DNA of 28,373 nt. Source: a virus (Duplodnaviria; Caudoviricetes). The translations under genes were made by a program, and so were the position numbers. This document shows, in pieces, positions 19,601 to 27,400 of this stretch (its first letter is position 1; every line of letters starts with the position of its first letter). The stretch lies in the IMG/VR virus record IMGVR_UViG_3300026260_000023, positions 1-28,373 of that record; one strand, written 5' to 3'. The notes below the pieces were generated by a model. That model made no database searches, had not been told where the DNA came from, and saw only the letters and a list, made by a program, of their open reading frames with translations.

Positions 19601-21445
19601 CTCCCCTACCATATTAGAAACAATAAGATTATTACGTGTTGAAAAATACTCAACAACGCCCGTGGCTCCACTAGTCTCTCCTACAATTGGCCTACCTACA
19701 GTCCAGGCCTTGTCATCTCTATAGCCCTCAATTTCCTCAACTAATAATTCCATAAAGAACTGAGAATTTACAATGCCCAGCTTAGAAGTAGAGTTATACC
19801 CAAAGAAACCATCTCCATCATTAATAGTTCTATCTGGAATAAGATATCTTGGATATAATACGCCAGTAGGCATAGGATTAACAGTAACAGATATAAGAAC
19901 CTTAGCAGTTCCGAAAGGATCTCCTCTATTAATTGGATCAGGACCACTGACTACTACACTTCTTCCTTCTCTATAAACGATATCATAACCAGCTACACTT
20001 TGACCGTCTGTAGAAGAATCGCAAATAAGATGATAAGTTGTCTTTGGTTCTTGTCCATAATTAGTAGGTACTGGGGGATCTCCTGTAGTAGATTCTCCAA
20101 CATAACCGTCAATAAAGTTACGATATAGAACTAGTTGATCAAATGCTGTAGCATTTGCACTTGATTGAATATTTTGAATATCAGGAGCACCATATGCATG
20201 AGTAATAGTTACATTATATCCTTCTGTAATATTAGTAATACTATTCTTTCTATAATTCTCCTCTCTGGACTTATCTCCGAAGACATAAACAGGAGTCTTA
20301 TATTGAACCTGATATCCTTGTACATATGCAGTACCAGGTGATACCTGAACAGAATACTTAGCTTCTGCTTCAGTGAAAGTAATAGGATCTGTACTTCCTG
20401 AGAAAGGAACAGGAGGATACAATCCATCTTCATCAGCATCAAAGACTCCCATATTAGTGGAGTCTGTATTAGGATATTCCAGTTGTTTAATTGGGAAATC
20501 CGTTACAATATAGTCACCAGATTCTTCAAATGTTCTTTTGGCCAGGACGTCATAAAGCCATTGCCACTTAATAGTATCACCTGGCTTACCTTGAATGTTA
20601 CCTTGAATAACAGTACAAAGAGTAATAAAGTTAGGTGATTCTGTCTGAGGTGTGATAGTACCAGTATAAGGCTCATAATTGAGTCCTTTCTTGGTAAGAG
20701 TCAGAGTAATCTGTAATCTATCTGCACCAGGAGCAGCATAATTAGAATTCCCAGTAGCATTATCAAGTAGAGAAGGATCTTCAAAAGCAGTAACAAATCC
20801 CTCAGTTACCAGGAAACCTACCTGACAAGTAGGAGTAACGCTATACTTATCGAGAGCAATAGTTTCTGAACTATTGCGCACCATGAAGCCATCAACAAAG
20901 AACCAACCCTCTGATACATTAAAGAGAGTTCCCTGTCCCATAGGAGGACTTGTGATAGGCTTACTAACCTCATTTACTCCCACTGCTGCAGTGTAGAGAT
21001 TAGGGGTGTCTGAGGTTAAAATCTCCCCTTCTGTGAAAGTAGCTTGTTCTTCTGTATTTCCTGAATCATCATAGGTTATGAAGAAAGTAATATCATCATC
21101 GTCTGTCTCTGCTGTTGCAAAATCTACCTTAGCTTTAACTCCAGACGTAACGCCAGTAATAGTCCAGCCAACAAAATCCTGTGCAGTAGATCCCTGAGTA
21201 ATAGAAGATACCCTTACGTAAGATACGGGAACATCAATTCCATATTCACCAGGAACGATATTATCTCCCTCCTTCATAAATCTCTCAGCCAACGTAGAGA
21301 TTTGATTTTGCAGAATGCTCTGCTGTTGGGTCAATTCCCGTGCCTGGACCGGATACCCAGGACGATACATCACTCTGTAAAAATCATTCAGAGGATTATA
21401 ATCATCATAATATGGAGGCACATTAGTATTCGTCTGAAGCGGCAT
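13685..21445 (-). CDS. vrlC: Large baseplate-associated structural protein, VrlC-like / DUF4815 family, 2586 aa
   Basis: Signatures PYYDDY....FYRVMYRPGYPVQARELTQ.QSILQNQI, LLDNATG.SNYAAPGADRL, LAKRTFEESGDY, KRYRMKDI.KIERRI...E....LS.LE, GLDRFKNGIV.DNF and DPVAQTF; lies directly downstream of gp8. Confidence 0.92.
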   Translation of the reverse strand: MPLQTNTNVPPYYDDYNPLNDFYRVMYRPGYPVQARELTQQQSILQNQISTLAERFMKEGDNIVPGEYGIDVPVSYVRVSSITQGSTAQDFVGWTITGVTSGVKAKVDFATAETDDDDITFFITYDDSGNTEEQATFTEGEILTSDTPNLYTAAVGVNEVSKPITSPPMGQGTLFNVSEGWFFVDGFMVRNSSETIALDKYSVTPTCQVGFLVTEGFVTAFEDPSLLDNATGNSNYAAPGADRLQITLTLTKKGLNYEPYTGTITPQTESPNFITLCTVIQGNIQGKPGDTIKWQWLYDVLAKRTFEESGDYIVTDFPIKQLEYPNTDSTNMGVFDADEDGLYPPVPFSGSTDPITFTEAEAKYSVQVSPGTAYVQGYQVQYKTPVYVFGDKSREENYRKNSITNITEGYNVTITHAYGAPDIQNIQSSANATAFDQLVLYRNFIDGYVGESTTGDPPVPTNYGQEPKTTYHLICDSSTDGQSVAGYDIVYREGRSVVVSGPDPINRGDPFGTAKVLISVTVNPMPTGVLYPRYLIPDRTINDGDGFFGYNSTSKLGIVNSQFFMELLVEEIEGYRDDKAWTVGRPIVGETSGATGVVEYFSTRNNLIVSNMVGEFIPGEEIAQNQATFLAPELKMGRIFREGDVSAFEFYDDINGNLEASIDLSAVETLEITTLGAKKTLTKAGGNFIYDADKNLLKPTKKGRNKLFNFPYPPDELNPSRINYKVVADNGALGFAVLMPAKLANTLTKTKSFYSTLGQPSTNKFSADISLQNRGDAEVLQVSDNSLFSGKKNNNYIECDSFSGDPSDELVFGDVVTFVDNGNINTDPQTVSKLVWFATAPAGYGADRAKSRIYFTTGLEFNVTGKTVQRMRVKSRGTASQNLIFQLPQDTIATLETNPEATGIDYEVYREFIQNIGANTTEFTLTTTSANASFLTNVNDVTISIIQNLSSGLDPNSLVGRTIPVVEIEQSTNDGTKADFTIDSLAEDVLVKILCPVSITNATCRKKYLKKAIVEIAGQQAREQVIALGVTDGYSLESVITTNGVDITDNYEFDNGMRDNVYDIARIKLKEGRKIFKKEANDDAKPFTVTVWYFKHDTSGDFFSVDSYTHNKGVPYRDIPYYNPVAGAPADALFTASSIISLRDCADFRPAVNIKYQEEMTKERVGTPPWKEEAKLGTYYPSVLSPVTKDIGVLGSYDSNNGRLRIQDTNYRDALNNGNGTAPRMPVPNSRFRANITYYMARYDSLFLEKNGALTLVKGVPSNSPQPPADLSTGIRLYDLYLPPYTFAADNINVKKFNYKRYRMKDIAKIERRIDRIEELVTLSILEQSALNMSVRDAVTGLDRFKNGIVADNFRDHSKGAVGDQQYRNSIDPKTTHLRSPAFVDQPELVEIAQSDAERAEKNYTVNNGIATCTYTTVDFIDQPFATRTINLQPFSVFTYDGSLDLYPPIDTFQDINILPDLVIEDNNVFDAMVNLTGDLLESGIGTVWGGWENTGRISTSVNNTVQNLPGTAASINAIAGANVANFPNGGAGSINSTSNTSSTDRARQQSVTFLDVTSAQTVETSYGERVVDVALARTMRARPVKIVAQRMKPNTRYYAFFDGIDVNEWIAPDVMRNGSLFPDDKKRYLLVRGQSYFNSKGFGKALYSDAVGNITATFLIPNGQPPIKGKVYEGAKSLTDDSFYQTGQPSRTFTTGTKIFRLTSSETNVDISDDQLEGFAESSFTASGVILDKQETIVSTRVPIINPVTVNLPAEPEPNDEDPVAQTFQVDRNNKEGVFVTELDVYFKEADPSQSVMAYLVTTDGEVPTREKLPHSRIVKNPASILRTVVKLPSGSSAAVTLKKGTAIVGKKSGATGIIKSNVKFNSTSTNTNNNVTNTVYNVLLSNYVGEFLPGEQFETTSSKESDVKNTTFTIAKNEVDVDSLEITDMGSGYNSNSTVEFTAPQLPGGETATGQITVSAIAGNVYKIELLTPGSGYTKAPGVTINGNGNEATAIAKVTPGADAVTMGVCTSDDGTAATTFRFEAPVYLVGNTWYAFVVKSPNSMEYKLWCSKMGENQVGTETRVNEQPNTGSLFMSQNGGLWTEDQTQDVKFKIKRASFDANKNALVTLQNAPITTKRYPKNPIETAEPPSAGHSVPNVFEGDARVVRVYCYHHGLETGDYVALSGVSGSIGDIPASDFNDLHEVLHSTLDMFTIKVATDSTKADRGGGNSVSGSYNNPYQVLDVYTGVMQFGSSTFEATARTIEAAGYTGYNSLMSYTLNDPNSIVLMDSYYYNGAKQVANYLNELKYDDPFHLQGQKSLLTSVLMSTNNEKVSPVLDLTRTNATVITNLVDNPQSDDEVYGEGEIKLRLNSDASAVTSVVAGGDINWTDSKSVARVASIKSVDSTNKRVVIAGSFAKYFTKASTLSDAALAAIGVDNVSVASADSYNPETKNNGSCYSKWISRLFVFENACDGMEIKCSSIFYGNTVKTYDDEGYVTSEKLVCDNIRVYYKPQNIGFDGELANVNWIPINIDGVPDQVEQIKPRSSEDVDPRRLKSGDWQLLTWSVQDIAQFDGMAIKIVMTANNPALAPLIDDVQIVCSE

Positions 21446-21467
21446 CTTCGTAATCCGTCCTTTTGGT

Positions 21468-21474
21468 TATTTAG
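21468..21474 (-). promoter_or_regulatory. Late promoter core CTAAATA
   Basis: Overlaps the TAA stop of gp8. Confidence 0.62.
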
Positions 21475-22970
21475 TATGAGATAACAAGAGATATTCTTTC
21501 ATTCTGAGTCTCAGTTCGAGTAATAGGAGATAAGTTTGTAAGGTATGTCATCATTCCTGAATATTGTTTAATTTCAGGAACAGAATATCCAGCTGTAAAA
21601 TTAAGTCCCGCACTAGTTTGAGTGAAATCTAATTGAACTGTCATTGCCCTAGAAGAAGTCATACCTACCACATATACAGGACTTACTCCTGTTCCTGTTA
21701 CACTATTAAATCTATACAGGACACCATCATCTTCATCCCTATGCATATAAGGATCCTGAATATACTTAACGATGCTGTTATCAGCATCCCAATGAACTAC
21801 TTGTCCTCTAGCAGTCTTAGGTAAACCAAATTGATCAGAGACTGTCTGCTCAATAGTTTCACCTACAATAAACCCATCTGGATCATCCCCAGGATCACAT
21901 TTAATTGCAAAAGAAGCACTTAAAGTTGCTGAGTTTTTGGTAGCAGGAGCAATAAATTCAATATTTTGAAGCAGTCCTATTTGTCTAAAAGCATTACCTT
22001 CTATAAAATCAAAATCAGTACTACTCAATCCAGAAAAGATACCAACTCTAGTACCTCCAAGTTCCCTTGGTAAATTAGCCCCCCAACCCCCAGGAGGAGG
22101 GATAATTACACTGCATCTAAAAGTCCCATCGCCCCCAGGATTTAATCCATTTTCATTATTATTCAAATCAATTCTACTACCAAAAACATTATTAGGACTA
22201 AAATCAAGAGTAGCTTGGGTATAACCAGAGCCTGAATTGAATACCACTATCTCTGTAATAGAATCTCCTGTTACTTTAACCTTGGCTTTACCTCCACTAC
22301 CATCTCCAACTATATTACACCAATACCAATCAACAACACCACTTGCTTGATTATTAGTATAACCATTTCCTTTATTTTCAATAATTATAGTAAATATAGC
22401 TCCCTCTGTAGTGAGTGCCGAAGCCGCAGGTACTACTGGAATAAACTCACTAGTCATGAAATTACCCATATTTCCAATGTTAAACAGCTTAAGCCATTGA
22501 TATCCATCACCAGTAGTAAATGGAACATTTGAAGTGTTCAGGGGCTCTTCAGTTGAAATAGTAGGATTGTTATTAGATCTAGAATTATTATAAAGACACA
22601 CATATACATCAGCATTTCTATTCACGACATAAAAGTTAGCATCATATAAATTTGATGCTTTACTATATGCAGTAAGCTCCAAAGAGTAATCAGGTCTATA
22701 AATATCATACACCACCCCAGAAGTCCATGTCCTCTTTGGAATAAGATGCCAAGCATCTGCATTTGTTACCTTTTGGCAAGATAACATTTGATCAAATGTT
22801 CTATAGAACTCATTAAAATTATTAAGTGGAGTAGGAGGATTATTATCTCCTGTAGGCCAAGGAGTTGGCCTTCCTAAAAACATATAGGTGGTAGCGTCGC
22901 CTTCATTCAATGAATCCATCAAATTGCTGGCGTTCTGTACTCTTAAGTCATTAGTTCTTACTGTTGCCAT
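21471..22970 (-). CDS. gp8: Baseplate wedge subunit (T4 gp8 homolog), 499 aa
   Basis: YMFLGRPTPW, IPKRTWTSG.VYD.YR, FYVVN....VYVCLYN, GDGYQW..L, FRQIGLL and the C-terminal YSG...Y..N..PITR...QNE.I.LVI.Y are characteristic of cyanophage-type gp8. Confidence 0.93.
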   Translation of the reverse strand: MATVRTNDLRVQNASNLMDSLNEGDATTYMFLGRPTPWPTGDNNPPTPLNNFNEFYRTFDQMLSCQKVTNADAWHLIPKRTWTSGVVYDIYRPDYSLELTAYSKASNLYDANFYVVNRNADVYVCLYNNSRSNNNPTISTEEPLNTSNVPFTTGDGYQWLKLFNIGNMGNFMTSEFIPVVPAASALTTEGAIFTIIIENKGNGYTNNQASGVVDWYWCNIVGDGSGGKAKVKVTGDSITEIVVFNSGSGYTQATLDFSPNNVFGSRIDLNNNENGLNPGGDGTFRCSVIIPPPGGWGANLPRELGGTRVGIFSGLSSTDFDFIEGNAFRQIGLLQNIEFIAPATKNSATLSASFAIKCDPGDDPDGFIVGETIEQTVSDQFGLPKTARGQVVHWDADNSIVKYIQDPYMHRDEDDGVLYRFNSVTGTGVSPVYVVGMTSSRAMTVQLDFTQTSAGLNFTAGYSVPEIKQYSGMMTYLTNLSPITRTETQNERISLVISY

Positions 22971-22990
22971 TATGGATGATGGTTTTCAAG

Positions 22991-22998
22991 TATTTATA
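22991..22998 (-). promoter_or_regulatory. T4 late promoter TATAAATA upstream of gp8
   Basis: Perfect consensus, 20 nt upstream of the ATG. Confidence 0.78.
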
Positions 22999-23013
22999 CC
23001 TTCTTTCAAACCA

Positions 23014-23208
23014 TTAAGGATACATGACCCCATCTATGGGAAATTGTAGTACCAGTGGATTAGCTAAAGTAAACTCTTCAACATTAGTCTCCCCAACTGC
23101 TGATGCTACTGCTCCTATATAGGTTTCAGTGGGAGTTTCAGTGGGAGTTGGAGTATCTGGAAAGTTTTTAATTACTATGCCAAGATCATCTAAATTAGTA
23201 ACTGTCAT
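23014..23208 (-). CDS. Small Thr/Pro-rich protein, 64 aa (tandem paralog B)
   Basis: MTVTNLDDLG...FP.TPT...PIDGVMYP; clearly homologous to the adjacent ORF; contains a 12-bp tandem duplication (23123-23146). Confidence 0.82.
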   Translation of the reverse strand: MTVTNLDDLGIVIKNFPDTPTPTETPTETYIGAVASAVGETNVEEFTLANPLVLQFPIDGVMYP

Positions 23209-23476
23209 AATTAAGGATAGGTAAGACCTTCTATAGGAGCTTGTGGTACCAGTGCGTTAGCCATATTAAAGTCGGCAACACTAGTTGCTGCAGCAACTGC
23301 TCCTTTTTCTGGTTCTCCAATAGTAGTAATAGTAGGAGGTGAAGGGAAGACATATGTGTCACTACAATCAATAGCCCCCGCAGTTGCTCCTCCATAGGGT
23401 GGAGAGATTGTAGTGATTGTTGGGGTTTCTGGAAAAGTTTTAACTACTAAGCCGAGATCATCTAAATTAGTAACTG
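23183..23476. repeat. 22-bp exact direct repeat at the 5' ends of the two paralogs
   Basis: agatcatctaaattagtaactg at 23183-23204 and 23455-23476. Confidence 0.9.
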
Positions 23477-23480
23477 CCAT
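23211..23480 (-). CDS. Small Thr/Pro-rich protein, 89 aa (tandem paralog A)
   Basis: MAVTNLDDLG...PIEGLTYP; internal duplication FP..PTITTI..P..GA.A.A. Confidence 0.82.
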   Translation of the reverse strand: MAVTNLDDLGLVVKTFPETPTITTISPPYGGATAGAIDCSDTYVFPSPPTITTIGEPEKGAVAAATSVADFNMANALVPQAPIEGLTYP

Positions 23481-23486
23481 AGTTAA

Positions 23487-24440
23487 TTAAGAAGGAAAGA
23501 GGGCTGGTGTAGGATCAATTGCTCCTGTAGATAAAAGCCAACTGGAGTAGCCTTCGTTAATCCCAGATATTTGCATCCAATACTGATCCTCAGCATATAC
23601 AACCTTGCAAGGATGGGCAAATGATTTAGGGAGTGCCTCGGTCATCTGTGAATTTGGAGGTAGATAGAACCCTATATCATTGGCATACATTCCATAATAA
23701 GCACTATTATATAGATTAGGAATGTTTTTATACATTAACCAACTATTTTCAGGTGTTGAATACTCGCCATATATAGCAGCCTGGGCGCCTCCGCTGCTAC
23801 CGCCCTCTGCTTCTCCTGGATAACCATAGCCCCTCCAAAAGTAATTGGTAGCTGAGAACTCTGGTGCGGCAAGTCCATACGTGACCATTCCTGCGCGAGC
23901 AGTAGACCCTGTAGTAATATAATCCTCTTTATATACAGGAGAAGTACGACTCACTTGTGAAGGAAGAATACCTAACACTATTCCATTCTCAATCACCATC
24001 CACGCTGCAGGATCTTGATCACTAAACCATATTGTCCAAGGATATTGTTGATTGTCCCCAGAATCAACTTCGATGTTGTCCTCCCATTTCCATCCTCCCC
24101 CATCATATTGAGGCTCAATAGTCATAGCATAAGCATCAGCAGTATCTGGGGATGCTGCTGGATCATAGGCAGGGTTGGGCTTTAGCATCCCCAGTATTCC
24201 ATTAGTAGAATAATCATCAAACATTATAGTCATATGTCTGGTTTTAGTGGTATTAATAGCATCTACGTACGATAATTGAAACACTAACTCTGTACCAGTC
24301 CTACCTCCAGTTCCACTAACCCAACCTCCTTGATTTGTGGTAATATCTCCCCTACCATTTAACATTAAAATCAAGGCCCTCCATCTCTCAATTGCTGTGG
24401 ATTGAGTAAGGGTATCTGATGGATTATGTGTCCAAGCCAT
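23487..24440 (-). CDS. Hypothetical protein, 317 aa (probable virion protein)
   Basis: Co-oriented ORF rich in aromatic residues and Gly, with its own late promoter; no family recognised. Confidence 0.8.
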   Translation of the reverse strand: MAWTHNPSDTLTQSTAIERWRALILMLNGRGDITTNQGGWVSGTGGRTGTELVFQLSYVDAINTTKTRHMTIMFDDYSTNGILGMLKPNPAYDPAASPDTADAYAMTIEPQYDGGGWKWEDNIEVDSGDNQQYPWTIWFSDQDPAAWMVIENGIVLGILPSQVSRTSPVYKEDYITTGSTARAGMVTYGLAAPEFSATNYFWRGYGYPGEAEGGSSGGAQAAIYGEYSTPENSWLMYKNIPNLYNSAYYGMYANDIGFYLPPNSQMTEALPKSFAHPCKVVYAEDQYWMQISGINEGYSSWLLSTGAIDPTPALFPS

Positions 24441-24462
24441 AGTTGTTTCTTAACGTTACTCT

Positions 24463-24469
24463 TATTTAG
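24463..24469 (-). promoter_or_regulatory. Late promoter core CTAAATA
   Basis: Intergenic, 22 nt upstream of the ATG at 24440. Confidence 0.6.
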
Positions 24470-24472
24470 TTA

Positions 24473-27400
24473 TTACCCTTCATATGAAATACCCTTTAGG
24501 GTAAATTTAATATCAACTGGAGTACTACCTGTACCTTTGGCTCTAACCCTAGCTTTAAGTGGCTCATTAGTATTAACCACAAAGTAATGAACAGCTGGTG
24601 TAATTAGAGTAGTTTTTGCTCCATCAAAAGATACTTCCAAAAGAACTCCATCACCTGGTGTTGGTTTTTGGACTGAAGGATCACGGATCAAATCTGCATT
24701 AAAGGAATCTTCAGATGCATAGAAGGTTACTATTGATGGGTTAGAGTTTAAATTCTCAACACTAATAAAAGTACCACTAGAACCTGCTAACTCAAAAGTT
24801 GTTACACCTAAGGTTCCAGGAACCAAAGGAATTGTCTTTTGTTGTTCAAATCTAGTAGCACCACCATTAGGTGATCCTCCATTTGCTGCAATCAATGCTA
24901 CAACTGACTCTTTGGTTTGTAATGACTTATTAGTAAATGTTGAACCTTCATAGGTAACATCACCATTAACATTTCCCCCATGGATAGATGAAAGAGCACC
25001 TACCACATCAGATACAGTTAGAACAACATCCCCAGTTTTCCCATTGACTCTATCTACCACACCTAATGAAGTTTGATACTTAAATGCTTCAATAGCTGAA
25101 TCATATACTAATACATCGCCATCAAGAGGAGAAGTTTCCACCACATCATTCATATCTCTAATACCCAAACTAACTGGCCCTATTTGAGTATTAACACTAT
25201 TAACAAACTGTTTAGGTCTAAAATCAGCTACACCATCCCAAACCAAAGCATCCCCTACAGCCAAAGGAACATCAACAAGTTCTGCAGCTGGATCACAAAG
25301 TGATATATAGAAAGATGTCCATTTCTCTTGTTTTATTTGGGTTATAAGACTTGCTGATGAAATATAATCAAAAGCAGCACCAGGAACTACCTGATCACCA
25401 ATACCAATCTGTTGATTTTTATATATCCAAGTAGATCCATTACCAGATATCCACATCTCAACATTCCCACCTCCTCCTGGCCTTGTAAAAACATTATCAT
25501 TAGAATCTACATTAGACCATAGAAGCATGGAATTTCCTCTAAATCCCCACATTCCGGGCATTATTGTAGGAAGATTACTAGTAGGATTTACTTCTGCAAA
25601 AATATTATAGATATTACCACATGATGTAGTTTCATTTAAAGCAAAGTCATCCATATCCTGGATTCCTAATACTACCACATGAGTCTGTCCATTGACGCTG
25701 GTCACACCTCCTCCACCTGTAAGCAATACGCCATTAGCTGTTATATCCCCACTGAAATTCCAATTCCCATCAGGGTCACAATATGCCCTGTTTGATAACA
25801 TAATAGAATTAGTTAAGATTCCATCCGTTGGAAAAACCCAATCATCGGGATAACTTCTACTCTCACTGTTGTCATTACCAAGAAATAAATTACCATCTCC
25901 TTCCCACCCATCAGGAAATACTCCTCTGATCAATATATTGCTACTGCTTGTTTCTCCAGGAATACATGTCGAGCCGACGGCGCCGATCACTATATTGCTG
26001 TCATTATTTTCATAAAAACCACAATCAGTATAATTACCAATCGCTATATTTCCATCTCCTTCAGCAAGCGTAGATCTACCAATCATAACATTATTACTAC
26101 CCACTCTAGAGGTACCACCGTCAGTTCCAATAGCAATATTCCAGACTCCACATTGAGTTGAGTATCCAGCATTATATCCTAAATATATACTCCCTCCAAA
26201 AGACACAGCGCTTCCATCATCATCCACTCCTGTATAATTCTGCCCTGCACCATAACCAATAGCTGTCTCACAGAACCCATTTAAACAACCCAGCAGGGCA
26301 GCGCCACCAATAGCAGTATTATAAAACGCCAATGAAGCTATACTACTAAATCTATCACCTATCGACCTCAGCGCTGATGAGCCGATAGCAACGTTAAAAG
26401 TACCTAGGCTGCACTTGTATAATGCGTCCTCACCAATAGCAATAGACAGACTATTGCCTCCGCCTTCATGTAAGGATCGGTTACCAATAGCAATCGTCGC
26501 ATTATTCCCATATATCAGTGATTCATCAACTGCACCGGGCTGAGGATAAATTTTTAAACCAGTACCACTATTTTTGCCAATAGATATATTTGAGTAATTT
26601 GGCCCGCCATTCGCGTATGAATATTTGTCATAGTACAACCCTGAATTAATAGGAATACCCGCAACCACTAAAGGACTGTTTATTAATACAGTATTATCTA
26701 CAGCAGTTATATAGGGACCTACATAGGCAGGTAGTTGTTCAGCAGTAATACTTTCTGTAGTAGATGGATGAATATAAGTGACTGTACCCAAAGTTAAATA
26801 TATAGATCTAATTTCTATTCCATTTGTATCGATATCCACTTCAAAAGTATTATTCAAATCTGGTCCTTCCATTAGGTTACCGGAAGAATCAGCCTTTTTA
26901 TAAAATATCTTAATAGAAGACTTAGAATTTCCATTATACTCCCAACTATCAATTTGTTGTACCTTACCATCAAAAGCAGGTGAAGGCGTATATGAAAGTA
27001 TTGCACCATCTAAACCACCTACTGTTAAATCAGCATTAGAATACCAGTCATCATCTCTAGACATAGAGAAAAATTTTACTGGCTCAACAGACCAACACTT
27101 TCCATCTCCATTACTTTGATCACCAGGAAGCATGGAGCCTCCATTACTTTCATAATTAACTGGAAAAGAAGATGCAGGAGGAACAGGAGTAATAGCATCA
27201 GTAGCGTTATCAAACTCCCAAAGAGAAGGAACTGTATCTACAGTTTGCCAAGACGAATTAGTTCCATCAGTAGTTAATACTTGCCCTGCTGTCCCACTAT
27301 CTGTTGGAAGGGTATATGGAGAAGCGGCCCAATTGCCACTTCTAATCATAAGAATGGAACCATCTACGTTTCCATACCATCCTAATGCCTTAGTTATAAA

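Noticed and set aside
13685-21445. Intein or intron in the 2586-aa gene
   Set aside because: No Hint-type C...HN/C boundaries or endonuclease motifs seen; this size is usual for the family.
13685-21445. Virulence function implied by the name VrlC
   Set aside because: The name is historical; next to gp8 it is best read as a phage structural protein.
9366-22532. Short nested ORFs inside the fibre, VrlC-like and gp8 genes (e.g. 10393..10779 +, 14968..15516 -, 17177..17488 +)
   Set aside because: Shadow frames of well-supported genes. The hydrophobic 128-aa ORF is just the antisense of the NTANIA heptads.
10441-23476. CRISPR-like array from the 21-bp and 22-bp repeats
   Set aside because: Both are in-frame coding duplications (2-3 copies) with no regular spacers.
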